Below are positions 12,173-26,099 of a stretch of 64,000 nucleotides of DNA, piece by piece; within the stretch, counting starts at the first letter, position 1, and the number at the start of each line of letters is the position of its first letter. The position numbers were made by a program, and so were the translations under genes. The notes under the pieces were generated by a model, which was not told the DNA's origin, searched no databases, and saw nothing but the letters and a program-made list of their open reading frames with translations. The stretch is taken from NCBI GenBank assembly GCA_053919585.1, contig CM132784.1; one strand, written 5' to 3'. This DNA is from Euprymna scolopes (Eukaryota).

Positions 12173-13805
12173 GTAAGTTGTTGGCATATACATATTTTTT
12201 TAATGTCTTGCTGTGTAATAAACGTAGAATTTCTTCTTTTTTATATTATTCTATGTTTTTACATATTGATCCTTTTCTCTTCCAAAAAACAATATTAGAG
12301 TCTGGTTCATTTGCTATTTTATTTATTTATTTTTTTACTTCAAACTTATCCTTATATAGCAATAGATACTTATAAACTATTTAAAAAAAATCAGTAGAAA
12401 ATCTCAAACCAAATTTATATGCCTCGTAAAATTCTACTTAAAGGTGACTGTTTTGCTAAGTAACACGTTTAATATGGATATCCTCTTGACAACCTTATAT
12501 AAGTTTTTTTTAATAATTGATCATATAAATCTTTTTCTTACTATAATGGAGTTTTTGAGTCTCTAATGATCTGTCTTATTAACACTTATTTATATAATAT
12601 TTTGAGTTTTGTTATGGATATGATCAACTGTTACTCCCACTTTCATTTGAATCCAGAGTAGTAGTACCTCTCAAGATCCTATCTATGTTAAATAGAATTT
12701 AATACTTAAACTATTTACAAAATATATTACTTGCAAACCAATCAATCTATGAACCATTTGTATGCAAAATACAATTTATTAAATATTTAAAGTATAAAAC
12801 CTTTCAAAATAACTGGATTGTGCATTAAATTATTAAAAAAAAAATAGTTGATATGTAGGTAGATTAGTGAAATATCTCCTTGATGACGTTTCTTTTTTAA
12901 ATTTGTGAAAGAAAGGTATGAATTTCTACCTCCGCTTCCACTGATTGGCCACATGCTACATAAGACAAAGTCTACAATGTTTCTTCACAATCACAACGCC
13001 TTGAAAAACAAAAAGGGGACTTGATTGAGATAATTGCCATCTTGCCTGCTTCTGTCTTAAATAATGATAGCAGCACAAAAATCTTTACCATTTCAACATT
13101 ATTTTGTGAATCTTACTTCCAATGCATTGTTCACTCAACTGGAACATTACCGCAAAATTATACATTAGATGAAATTCCCACAATGTTTGATATTTCATGT
13201 AAATTTCATGACCTTAAGGTTCAGAATGGTAATACTTTTTAGGCCATCTGGCTATCTGAAGATACTCACTTTACCAATAAATGCATTAAACACTGTTTTT
13301 CTTTTTGCAAAACTCAATCATGTTCTGCAAAATCAAAAACAAAACTAATTTTATTCTACAAAACAAACCAAACACCATGAATAAATTATTGAAAATATAA
13401 AGAACTTAACGCATAAACTTTTCTAATATTTCTAGACTCTGCATTAAATAACCCAAAAAGAGTTGATATGCTGTAAAACAACCAAACCAATTGAATGAAT
13501 CACGTCATCGCATGTGTATGAATGATGGGATTTTAATTTAAAAAAAAAAAAAAAAAATTCTGATTTAAATGTTCAACATTTGCTCAATAGTTCTGTTTGT
13601 GGAAAGTGCTACTGTCATCATTTCCAAAATTTTCAAGTTTATTCTGTGAAATTTTTCTGAAGATTTTGTAAAGAGTTGATTGGATTTATAATTTTACTAT
13701 CATAAATGTTAATAAACCTTTGATGAATGTTACTGGAAAATTCTTTGAAGAGAATTTATTAAAATTTCAGTTTTATTAGTCATTTTTTAAATATGTTTTT
13801 TTAAG

Positions 13806-13925
13806 ATGCAAATCTGTCCTGCAAGTCTATGCCTCGTTCTTCATCTCCAATTTTGACTCGAGGAGAGATTGCACCTGCAAGATTGTCGACTGTGAAACAA
13901 GGAAGTGATTTTCACTTACCAAGCA
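13806..13925 (+). CDS. TMEM201: TMEM201-like exon, 120 bp, phase 1 to 1 (absent from the ORF track)
   Basis: ttttaag|AT...AAGCA|gtaagt; encodes ..SSSPILTRGEIAPARL.., similar to the TMEM201 ISPARL motif (recalled). Confidence 0.72.
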
Positions 13926-14171
13926 GTAAGTTGATTTTGATTTTTCAGTTGAAGAAAATTTCTTGGTCTTTGTTTGAATTTCACCTATAGAAAAAATAAA
14001 AATCAAAATCTGTATGATGTACATGCCTGTGACAAAACAAACAAATTCTAAAAATCAAAAATTTATCCAGTAGTTTGTCTGCATTACAACACATTTTTGC
14101 AAGTTCAAATTAGTTATCTCCCTTGTTTTTTTAAATTTTTTCAAAATGGCAGGCAAGTCATTCTGATACTC

Positions 14172-14311
14172 NNNNNNNNNNNNNNNNNNNNNNNNNNNNN
14201 NNNNNNNNNNNNNNNNNNNNNNNNNNNNNNNNNNNNNNNNNNNNNNNNNNNNNNNNNNNNNNNNNNNNNNNNNNNNNNNNNNNNNNNNNNNNNNNNNNNN
14301 NNNNNNNNNNN
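14172..14311. other. Assembly gap (140 N)
   Basis: Run of n. Confidence 1.
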
Positions 14312-14636
14312 CAGTACCACTTTGAAGTAGGGGGCTACTATCAGGGACATTAGTTGCAGGGATATTATGGAGAAAAATGAACCACAAGATGTCTGTTCAC
14401 ATCACACTTGAACTTTTGTATGTCAGTACAGTCGGGAAAGCAGAATCCCGTAAAGGAGTTCCAAAGTTTAGCAGTTCTGGGGAAGAAACTATTGGAGTGG
14501 CTTTTTTTACACCTAGGGATCTCTGTACTGTGTAGGGGTGGGATTTAGCTGCTTGTCTGGTTTATGTTGAGGGGATACAAGTGCTTGTAGTTCATCAAAG
14601 AATTCACCATTAAAATACTTGTAGAACAGGCTGAGG

Positions 14637-17461
14637 CATGGCCTTACTATACATACGGCCCCGTATGTTATATGAGAGGCCATTGTTTTTATTATGGAAA
14701 ACTGTAAGCTCGAGCCGCATACAAGGTTGAAAATTTCAAAGGGAAGTAACTCAAAAGTAGTTTATATTAACTCTTGAAATAATGAATAATTAACTTTTAT
14801 TTAGATATTTTTATATTATTTCATTCTAGAAATACAGGTTTTTATCGATATAGAATGTTTTTCACTGCTTTTATTCATGTTAATTTAGAGAACAAAAGTA
14901 CAATAGAGTAACTTCTCTTGATTTTTATCAAAGACGTAAGCGATTTTTATGCTTACAACCATTTTTACGATCTCTACTTGTTGAATTTTTTCTACCCCTT
15001 TTAAATATTGTAAAAAATATATATTATCTTTTTTAAAATATTAAGTTTTGTTATAATTTGCTTAACAAAATGGTGAACAAATGCGTTGCATTTGGCTGCA
15101 AAACTGGTTATAAAACCACGAAAATCTATCAACTTTTCATTTTCCACATGGCAAACTCGACCTGTTTGAAAAATGGACAAAATTTGTAAATCGTACTGAT
15201 TGGATTGCAACAAAAAAATTCAGTTTTATGTATAAAACATTTTGAGGAAAAATTTATTTTAAAAGGGAAAAGAAATAAGTTAAATTGGTCCCTACATCCA
15301 ATACCAACAATTCATTCACCGTTAGTGAATATTAAGCCATCTCTTCTACCTACATCAAACACAATGAGAAAAGCCCCAAAGGATCGAAATTACCAAGATG
15401 ATGAACTTCCAAATTTTCTTTCAGCAGATATTATTATGAGTTTCGAAGATTTGGAAGAAACAAAGTGTTGCCCCACTGGTTTCAGTTTAAAAAAAAAAAT
15501 GAAAAATATGCATGGATTTTCCGGATAGATTTTGAGATAAATTTTCCATTACTGAAAGAGTGCATTAACAATAATTTACACGTTCAACTTCAGTATTATG
15601 GAAATCCAATACCATTACCACATTGATAAATTTTCCATTACTGAAAGAGTGCATTAACAACAATTTACACGTTCAACTTCAGTATTATGGAAACCCAATA
15701 CCATTACCACATTGGTTTGTGAAGGGTCACAATGCAAAGCTTACAAGGTATAGCATGTTGGAAAATTTCCCCCCTTATATTCAAAACATTGTAGCAGAAC
15801 CTCCAAATTCCATTCTAAAAGAACTTTACAAATTTCAACATTTTAAACCTAAGGGTCGCTCTTCATTTTCTGTTGAACTAATCAGATTCTCTTTATTATT
15901 GCGCTATACTTCTCAAGCATATAAACTAGTGGTTGAGCAATTACCATTTCCTTCACTTTCTTTATTAGAAAAAATACAAAAAGGTGATGTAGAATCTATA
16001 ACTGTTGCAAAATCTCTCTTAGGAAAAGGTAAACTTTCTCTTGCTATTGGATGAAATGTACCTTCAAAAGGAACTCAGTTTCATGGTGGGAAGTATGTTG
16101 GTGCTGATGAAACTGGCAACTTATATAAAGGTATCATGATATTTATGCTTTCAGGGTTGAAGGAGACAGTGCCAACTGTAGTTAAAGGCTGTCCTGAAGT
16201 GACTGTTACTGGTGACTGGCTCTCTCAGGAGATAATTGCATGCATTGTACAGCTTTTGGATGCAGGATTTAATATAAGGGATGTAGTTGCAGACATCCAT
16301 TCTGTAAATGTAAATGCCTTTTAAATTTTATTAAACAAATTTTAAGGAGATAAAAAAACATTTTATTACTTATCCAGATTCTCCAAACATTCTTTTTTTC
16401 TTTTTTGACGCTGTTCATTTGTTGAATATTCGAAACAGTTTACTAAACAAAAGCAAGTTTGTGTTTCCTTCTTTCGATTTCAATATTTTGGACCTTCATT
16501 TGTGTTCCCAGTCAGGAAGTTTTATCTTGGTCTGATATACATAAAATATATGACAAGGACAGGGTTTGGAATGCTATATTATGAAAGCACCAAAACTAAC
16601 TTTCAAGGCATTACATCCCGGTGACAATAAGCAAAGTGTCAATTTGGCTATTGCTGTATTCCACGAGACAACAATTGCTGCTTATAAAAGCTACTTTCCA
16701 GAACGGACCGACATTGCAAATTTTCTTAAATTGGTATGGCGCTGGTGGACTACAGCCAATTCTAATCAAAGATTTACTCCTAATTTTTTTAATAATGCTG
16801 TTACTGCAAGTGATGATAAAATCAACTTTTACCAAACATTTTCTAACTGGGTCGAGTCTTGGTAAAAAATTTCTGACTTTTTCCTCACTGCACAGACTAG
16901 CAAAGCATTTGTCACAACTTTGAGAGCACAAGCAATGCTTATGAAAGAACTGCTGAATGATGGGTATGGTAATTTTGTAACAGAATGAAAAACAATTTAC
17001 TTCCTTTACAATCTTTATATTCATGTTCTTTGTAAATATTTTGATATTTAAAAAAAAAAAAAGATATTCTAATAAAATCTTTAAAAAACAAATAACCTGC
17101 AAAATTTTTTTTTCATATTTATAAACAACAAAATTATTCGAAAGGTCAGGGGAGACAACTCAAAATGAATTTGTTTTTGTTTTGTTGTGTATTATAAAGA
17201 AATAAAAGGAAAAATACATCTAATTAATGGAAACATTTTACTTTGGACAGAATAACAGTAAAATATGTAAGTAGAATTCATTAAGTATTATTTCAAATAT
17301 TAAAACCTAAAATAATTTAATTATCTAAGCATTAACATCTGAAATAATGTTTGAATAGAAAACAATTTCTGAGTTACCTCCCTTTGTCTTAGTTTCAATG
17401 GCCTCTTAGAAAATTGCCTCTCAATGTGACATGTACGGCCGTATTATTATAGTAGGCCATA
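14637..17461 (+). mobile_element. P-superfamily (THAP9-like) DNA transposon
   Basis: Imperfect TIRs CATGGCCTTACTATACATACGGCC / TATGGCCTACTATAATAATACGGCC; 7-bp TSD GCTGAGG at 14630-14636 and 17462-17468. Confidence 0.85.
15070..16990 (+). pseudogene. THAP-domain P-element transposase, decayed; 89-bp tandem duplication at 15536-15713
   Basis: MVNKCVAFGC...W...LCIKHF...PIPTI (THAP), LDEM, DAVHLL.IRN and KQSVNLA motifs; many stops. Confidence 0.85.
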
Positions 17462-19609
17462 GCTGAGGGATGCAACATTTCGTCGATGGGATAGAGGCTG
17501 AAGCTTAGATGACAGTTCAGGATTTATCAGATTGGCGACTCTCTTTTGAACCCTCTTCAGGAGTGAGACTAGTAGTAGATACATCAGCCCAAATGTGACC
17601 GCAGTACTCCATACATGGGAGAATGGGGACCTTATGGAGGTATAGGATACTTTCAGGCGTAAGTAGCTTTCTAGCACCGTAGAAAGAGCCCACCTTCTTT
17701 GCAGCAGTCTTGGCAATGCTCTCAATAAAAATAAAACTACTTGATCAGTTTATATAATTTTTGGAGTATGATATTTTCGTTTCATCATAAGCATGTATTT
17801 TTTTCTTTATTTTTGTTTTTTGATATAGTGGAATTTTGGCCAAGAACCAATTTCTTTAAATGCATCATTGTATAGAAAAGAAATCTGCTGTACATTTTCA
17901 TAAATTGGCACACAAAAAAAATAAAGATGAATCACTTCCACCCACCCTCTGTTCTAAAATGTTTGAAAAATGGATTATTTTGGCTAAAGATCTGTTTAAA
18001 ATTTGATCATTTCACATTTACAGAATAACCTGCTCCATTTGTTTGTTTATCAATTGATAATCTTTTTTTGTTATTTCAGTTCCATCTGTGATTTTCTCTA
18101 CAAATTTTTTTCAGATTAACAATCTTTTAAAGAGAAGCTTTTATTTTTTTTTTAATCTGAGTATTTAAATGTTTGGCTCGTTTGAAGGTCATGTAGAGAA
18201 TTGAAAATGTTAAAGGTGTTTTTCTTTTGGGGGAGGGTATCTTTGTTTAATATGGGTTGCACATTTACCATGTTATGAAGTGACTTTTCCCATGAAACTC
18301 CTTTTATGTTGGTTTGTACCATTGCTTGAGTCATTCTCTATCCGCCTTCAATTGAGATTTGTATACCTCTGTTTATCCAAGTAGAGCACCATTCAGCATG
18401 GCCATACCATCCTAAATGGTCGCAACACAGTTGACTTTTAGTTTTGTTACTTATGGCTTCAATAGTAGGGAATATGAACTAAATTTTTTAAGGCGTACAA
18501 CCACAAATCTTGCCTATGTTCTGTTATCCATTAATAAATCAGAAATTAATTTTGTATAGTTTTTGCTAAGAAAAAGACATTCAACACAGTTTTTTATTGT
18601 TTGTTAGATAACTTCAGAATGAATGGATTTTTTTGTTTGTTTGTTTGAAACTAGACTCAATATGGTAGTTTCAGTTGGTTAGGTTTTTGTAGGTATGTGT
18701 TTGGCATATGACTATCTCTTGTGACAGTTCTGTTTGCCATATTCGTTTGCTACATTTACTTATTGGCATCCAACTTGTGTAATGGATGTAGTTATGATGA
18801 CGGATCTCATCACAAATGAGTTTTCTTATATTTGCTAGTGACCTTATCTAACCCTACATATTTAGTAAACCTTTATTCTCAGATTGACCTTGGTGTCAAG
18901 GCCATTCAGTATATTACACTAACAAACATTCCTATTTGTCATCTCATCCTGATTTGGTTTGAATCATTTGTTTTGTGTATGTGTTCATATAAAACTCAAT
19001 TTTGTTGTTTTCTGCTTTATCAAAGTTGAAGTCTTTTTAGTTGTACATTTTCTGAAACTGTTGGGAAAATTCTCAGTCTTTTTTAAAAGATGGATGTAAA
19101 TACATTTCATAATTTTGTGAATAGCACTTTTAAAAAGTTTTAATTATTAAAAAAATTTCCAAATGCTTCCCTCAAAAAAGATTGTTATCAAGACTGAAGG
19201 TATTCCAGGTTAGTTGGAGTTTTCTAGACTGAAACTCCTCTACATTAAGATTTTATGAGTAATGTCCTATTGATTCACCAATTGTCGTCTTTCGCGTGTA
19301 GTTCAGAAATTGTTTTACACTTCTATTTCGCTTTCTCTGATAGTAAAGTTAGGCCCAATCATTTTTTAATGTTGACAAAATCCCTTCAAAAGAAGCAGTC
19401 TAGATGAGAACCAAATTACATGGCCGCTCAGTCTGTTAAAATTTCATAGAGCAAATTATTTTGTGCTGTCATGGCCAATATACAATCCACATCTGATTTG
19501 GGAGTGGGGTGTCCTGAATGAAGAAGATATGACATTCTGCCCTTTGAAAATATGTAGCCTAGAAAGATTTACTTAGATTTTTAAGATATGTATTTTTGTT
19601 TTCTTTCAG

Positions 19610-19888
19610 GAACATATTCTGATAATGACAGTCTGTTCAATCATTCCAATTATCAGAACTGCCTGAATGATACAGCATCAGTTCATTCTGACAACTTCTC
19701 TGTACGATCATACACTTCTAGAGATGGCAGACAACCTGATGACGTTGTTGAAAATTCCTTCACTTCTTTAAACACCATGCATTCAACAAGTGACTCCAAT
19801 CAATCAGAGGTCAATGACACGAACAGCTCTAAAAGATTGCCTCCAGACACAGCAAAAAATACTTCAGATACTCCGTCCAAAAATACAG
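19610..19888 (+). CDS. TMEM201: TMEM201-like exon, phase 1 to 1
   Basis: ctttcag|GA...ACAG|gtaaat; open 279-bp frame. Confidence 0.72.
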
Positions 19889-21035
19889 GTAAATGCTTAT
19901 TCGTTACACTTAAATGTTTTCTTTCTTTCCAAAAGAACAATCCTAAAACTAGTAAAACTTATACCCCTCCTCCTCCCAAATAAAAAGAAAGAACTCTCAG
20001 ATTATTTATGTTTAGAGCACAATTTTAGTTTCATGCTCTTTGGCTATTTCTTCATTTTACGATGAACACTTTATAGCAGGTGTAATTAAATTCCCTAATT
20101 TCTACAGATCTTAATAATAATAATAATAATAGTTGTTTCAACACAGCAAAGCAGGGATTTTGATTAGACCGGTTATAGTGTACTTTTTAAAATGAAATCA
20201 TAAATACATGCCCCCCCCCACCCACCCACTCCCCAACTTGTAAAAAATCAACACGGAACAATGAGCAATCTGTAGTTTTGGTGTTTATTTACATTGAAAT
20301 ATGTATATATGTGTGGAAGGTGACAAAGTGCTTAATGACACAGAATGAAAATTTGGGTGTGTCCGGTTTAAATATGTTTTTTTCTACAGAAACACATTAA
20401 TCTGTCTCCTCACACGCACACACACATTTGACCTTGTGTTTTATATCAATTAAAAATAAAATAACAGGAAAAAACATTGATTGAAAACATAAAAATAAAG
20501 AAAATGAAGGAGTGTAATGTTATTAAAAATTACTATTTAAACTTCATAAGCTCTGAACAACATTCACTTCAAGCCAGTGTGGTGTAGCTTATCTCCTATC
20601 TAATATAAATATGGCACATGATTTTGTCATTCAAAGTTTGTGGAGTCCAAATAGTAAATTGCAATTTTTATTAAAATTCTACTAGCTTATTTTTATAGTT
20701 TTTTGTACGTACAATATTTTCAGCTGATAAGTTTACCTGTAAGTTTTTCTGTTATTTTATTCTGAGCTGCCATATTTCACAATTATCTCAATATAAATGA
20801 GTACCGTAGTTTTTTGTTTTTTTTACCCCTGCTTCCAGTTGTGAATCACATATTACCAGGAGGGAGGGGTAATTGCTATTATGTTCTCTTTTCTTTCTCT
20901 CAAAAATAAAAATACTAAATTCATTTAGGCAGAACATATAATCTAATAATTTATTTACATTTGATATTAAAAAAATTTATGTGTCAGCACTAATTTTATC
21001 CCCCACCTTTCCTCCTTTTTCTTGAATCTTTTCAG

Positions 21036-21250
21036 GTTACAGACGCAGTATAGCAGCATTGCTTATAATCAGCGTGTGTGTAAATATCCTGTTAGTTACT
21101 CTCAATATGGAAATAATTTCTCTACCAGACAGCATAAGTACATATTTATCTATTATTGTAATCTCATTCAAACAATTCATTAGAACTTTATCAATAAGTT
21201 CTTGGTTTCAAACATGTATCACAGATGTTTTATCTATTTTTACTATTTAA
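21036..21250 (+). CDS. TMEM201: TMEM201-like terminal exon with C-terminal TM helix and stop
   Basis: ttttcag|GT; YRRSIAALLIISVCVNILLVT...; TAA at 21248-21250; AATAAA at about 21264. Confidence 0.72.
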
Positions 21251-22274
21251 CCAGCATTCTGTAAATAAAATGTCTCTCCTTAAAATAAGAAACTTTTTTT
21301 TCTTCTCACAATCATTCATTAGTCTTAAGAATTATTTTATCATATTAAATCATCATTTAATAAGAACAGATATTAAAACCGGTATCTTCCATTTTCATAT
21401 TGATCGACTTACTAAAATGCTATTTCAAACTTATGTATGACAGATTCACTAAAATACTATTTCAGCCTAAAGTAAATAAGACAGCTAAAGCCTCTTTATA
21501 GAACTGCATGGACATCTCTTGTGAAAAAAAGTAAGCATGGATAAATGATAGAATTACACAAGAAAAACATTGTTTTAAGATCCATTTAGTGATGAAAATT
21601 TTATTTCAAATTTAACTGTGGCAAACCAACGAATGACCAACTCTCTTATATACAAGCGTGAACATATTTAAAAATGCTATTTCCGATTTAATTGTAAGAG
21701 ACCAACAAATGACAGAACCTTTTTATAAATATGTGTAGGTTTGAAATGTCACATTAACTAAAATACTTTTTTAGCCTAAAGCAAATGACTGGCAGCCTTT
21801 TATAGAGCTGGTTGCATGCATTTTGAATGCATTCATTCTGTACATTTAGTAATGGAAATGCTATTTCAAACTTAAGCGTGATGTACGACAAAGCCTCTTA
21901 CAGACATGCATAGACATGTACAAAACTACTGTAGAAATGAACAAAAATGAGATACTTATTATTAACAAGTGTGCTCTACACATGTAACAATAACAAAAAC
22001 AAAGATGGTCGCCTGTCCTATGCCAACAGTGTGTAGTCTCGTAAGTTCTCGTTCAAATCACGTTCCCAAACCCCCAATAATCTGACAATTAACAGAATGG
22101 CAATTTATTGACTAACTTATTAAAGTACAATAATTCTACAAAGGATATTATAAAATTATTCGAGTTTTAATGAATTTATTCAGAAGAAACATCAAATATT
22201 GCAAATATTTTACAATGATGCTACACATGCACGAGTGAAACAATATTTTTTTAAGTATCAGTCAATAATGAACT

Positions 22275-25200
22275 TCAGTGTGAAGGATGTGCATGTTTGT
22301 TACAAGCAAGTTCCTCAATTTAAGGAGCAGTATTAGATATGCATAATCGTAGGTCATGCTCGACGTTAAGTTGTGATTGATGTTTAGTTTTCATATTCAA
22401 CAGCGTTGAAAATCCTTGCTCGCACATGTAAGTGCTAGGGAACATCAGTAAAGAGTTCAAAACTTTCAGATACAACAAGGTAAATTTCATTCATTTTAGA
22501 TTAGAACTTTGTGAGAGAAAGAGTTTCAAATGCATCTTTTGCATCAACTCTAAGAAATCTTTTTCACCAACTCCAAGAATTTTTCTTGCATGTTATCTGG
22601 GAGAATGTGCACATTCACAAAGAATTGGTTTCTAATCAATTTTGATTCCATTTCAGTCAGTTAGGGGAAAATAAGACTGCAACTCCATCTGCAGAGAAGC
22701 TAGATGTGATTGCACAAGCTGCACCACATCTAGTTTTTCTCCAATGTTTTTACTTCAAAGTTCCAGCTTCATGGTGAATGACCTTTTCATGGTGAATGAC
22801 CTTTTCATGGTGAATGACCTTAGTTTGTCCATGAAATCAATCACAGTGGCAAAACGGCCTTGTAGGGATAAGTTAAATAAGTTGAGGCGTAAGAATGTCA
22901 TTCAGGTAGACCAACTTCTGAAGCCATTGACTGTCTGACAGTTTTATGGTGAGCTCATGTGACTTAGTCTTATCACATACGAAGAATTCAGCAAGCTCCT
23001 CCTTTAGTGGTTCTACTCTTGTTACCACATTCCCCCGCGACAACCAACTAACCTCAGTGTGAAGGGGTAATACTTCTTCATCACTTCCAAACTCTTGGCA
23101 CAGTAGGGAAAACAGTCTTGTATTTATGGCACTTGATTTGATGGCATTTACCATGTGCACATCTTCAAGTACTGATTTCGACTCGGGTGGGGGAGTTTTA
23201 TAAACTGTGTCCATCGCTTTATTGCAGATTACAAAATAATCAATATTTCAGTAAATATAAGTTATAAAAAGCTGAAAATTACACCATCCAAGGACTGTAT
23301 TAAGGTGAGATAAATCCTAAAATTTCATCAAAATTCATGTTATATTTAAAAAGTTATGTTATTTTTTTAATATTCAAGGAATTTTCACCGTTCATCGCTT
23401 TATTGCAAGTCTTCTAAGATAATGTTTTAGCTCAATAAAACAATACCAAAGCATCATAAATTTATATTGAACACATTTTCTGGGGAAAATTAACAAAAAC
23501 AAAGGCACATCCCGAGGGCTAAGTGTCAAACAAACAAATTATTTGTTCACATATCCCCCGTTTTGAAATTACATTAAACAACCTTTTGTCCACCGAGGAG
23601 GTCAATTGTTTGATCTGAGATGGAGTAATGGTTCTTGCAACGTCGAGTATTTTGTTCCAAAGGGCATCCTTCGAAGAAAACTGCTCTCCTCCCTCATAAA
23701 CTCCTCGTTTCAATATTGACCATAGGTGTTCGATGGGGTTAAGGTCCGGAGAACACGGTGGCCAGGGCATGAGGGTTTCTCCAACAAAGCCCTGAGATCC
23801 AAGGAAGGATGTAGTTGCCCTAGCAGCATGAGATGGGGCATTGTCATGCATAAAAATAATCTTAAAACGACGTGACAAGGGAAGATCATCTAGCCATCGT
23901 AACAAATTCTCATTTAGAAAGGCAGTGTAGGCATTGCTGGTGAGCTTGACACCTTCTGGCACTCGGAATGGTCCACATAGCTTATCCCCAATAATTCCCG
24001 CCCAAAACATTATGCCTCCACCTCCCTGTTGGCGACGAAATCTATAAGGCGTTGGAGTTCCATTTGGATTCCAAACTTTGGCCCATCCGTCCAGTTCATC
24101 AAGGGTAGCACGAGCCTCATCTGTAAACAGAACATTTTGGCAATCCATTTTCATATTTTTGTGCCCAAGCCAATCGTTTTTCTTTGTGGGTTTGGCTCAA
24201 TGGAGGCCTTGGAATAGGATTGATGTTCCTTGCCATTTCATTCAGTACATTGCATCGGGCTTGTCTGGACCTTGGTATGACTCCAGCCCTCGCAAAAATT
24301 GTTGCACTGGTGCTGTTTGGGTTGCGCACAATCTCTCTACGAATTTTTCGAAGATCCCGATCAGAAAGGTTCCTCCTTGTGCCCTTATCTTTCCTGGAAT
24401 TGATGTTGGGGTTCTTGACGAATGTAGCTAAAATTCGGGGATCCCTTTTTAGTTCTGTGGCTAAATTTATGATCGAGAGTCCTTCTGCTAGTCCTGCAAT
24501 AATCCTCTGCTTCTCGGTAGCTGTTAAACGACTTTTTTTGGCATTTTATGAGACCTGCAATAAAGCGATGGACGGTGAAAATTCCTTGAATATTAAAAAA
24601 AATGACATAACTTTTTAAATATAACATGAATTTTGATGAAATTTTAGGATTTATCTCACCTTAATACAGTCCTTGGATGGTGTAATTTTCAGCTTTTCAT
24701 AACTTATATTTACTGAAATATTGATTATTTTGTAATCTGCAATAAAGCGATGGACACAGTTTATGCCAGAGCATATCTATTAAGCATACAATGAAGATGC
24801 CTTGTTTCAGAATTCACCTGATTCACTTTTCCTCAAAACCCTGATTGATGACCAAGTATTGCTGGTGCTCCGTCAGTTGTGCATGCACATACATTATTCC
24901 AAGACTGTCCTTCTCTTAAAAAACAATGAGACTTCATTAAAAATGTCTTCACCTCTTGTAGTCGAGTTCAAGGTATGACAGAACAAGCACTCCTCCTTGA
25001 AGTCTTGACCACTGACGTATCGGGCAAACACCAGGAGTTGGGTACAAGCAGCTACATCAGTCGACTCATCAAGCTGAATTGCAAATTTTCCCAAAGATGC
25101 TTCCCTTATTTCAACAATTACTTGTTGTTTGACATAACTATTTGTCGGTGAACAGTATCATTTGGGAGAGGTACTGATGTGACCCTCTGCTCAGCATCAC

Positions 25201-26010
25201 TTCCAATAACACAATATATTATGTCTTTGAAGCAAGGGACTATTAACTTTTCTGCAACGTTGTGTGGTTTCTTTTCTTTTGCAATTCTCAGTGATACCAT
25301 GTAGGATGCACACAAACCAGCTTCATTTTGTTGCATGAAATGTCCCGAACGATGAAAGCGTGCTCGCTTCAGCCCCTCTTCTTTTTGTTTGAAGAAAGTA
25401 TTTTTATTTTTTAAATTTGGATGACAACTGTTTTGATGACGTTTGAGAAAGGTAGGCTTCATGCACTCCACTGATAAACTTTGTGGCATCAGTCCCATTT
25501 TTGTTGATAGCAGTGAATCCATACTGAATGTAGCTTTCATCATACTGCCATTTCTTTGCTGATGAGGCCATGATGGTATCTGGAATATTAAAAGAGAAAC
25601 TTTTCTATAACCGTGTGTATATATATATATATATCTCACACATTTAAAATGAAATGCAGTTATAACAATAGAATAATCGATACGCAATTGAAAACACGAA
25701 TATACTCAGTTAGGCAAACAAAACGATGTGTATCAGTGTGTGTTGGCTAGATGACTGTCTGCTCACCCTCACTCACAGTTGTTTTAAAAGTAAGCCGACA
25801 CGATATGGCGATTAAACAATCGGTAATCAGCGCTATAAATTTAGAAACCAGCATAGAACAGTGAGATTGAAGGAACACACCCTGCTAGCACTGAATTTAA
25901 TAATCCATAACTACCACTATTTAAAATGTTTCTCGTCAGCCATCTAAGTACCCTTAGAAATCTTTTTGTGAACCCCTGGGGGTTCGCGAACCCCAGTTTG
26001 AGAACCCCTG
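22275..26010 (-). mobile_element. hAT element of Buster/Charlie (ZBED5/SCAN3-like) type, decayed, interrupted by a Tc1
   Basis: 5' TIR CAGGGGTTCTCAAACTGGGG at 26010; YDESYIQYGFT, FAIQLDESTDV, HTEVSWLSRG and FPSTYMCEQGFS motifs. 3' TIR not found. Confidence 0.88.
23203..24761 (-). mobile_element. Tc1-family DD37E (TRT-like) transposon with ~210-bp IR/DR TIRs
   Basis: TA TSD at 23201-23202 and 24762-24763; near-identical long TIRs; TDE...HDNAPSH with 37 residues to E in SPDLNPIE; two frameshifts (~24530, ~24155). Confidence 0.92.
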
Positions 26011-26099
26011 CCTTAAAGGCGAAAAATAAAGATGCATTTTAAAAATAAGATATATTAATAGAAAATAAGAACCTAAAATTTATTGCGCAACTGCTCTTT

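Larger units (their letters stand above)
14385..17725 (-). mobile_element. 3' fragment of a CR1-type LINE, split by the P element
   Basis: LQPLSHRRNVASLS (17462 onward) continues LFYKYFNG...FFPRTAKLWNS on the other side of the insertion. Confidence 0.8.

Noticed and set aside
14055-14387. ORFs spanning the N run
   Set aside because: Artefacts of the assembly gap.
22768-22822. Three 18-bp direct repeats as a CRISPR-like array
   Set aside because: No spacers; a slippage duplication inside a dead hAT in a eukaryotic context.
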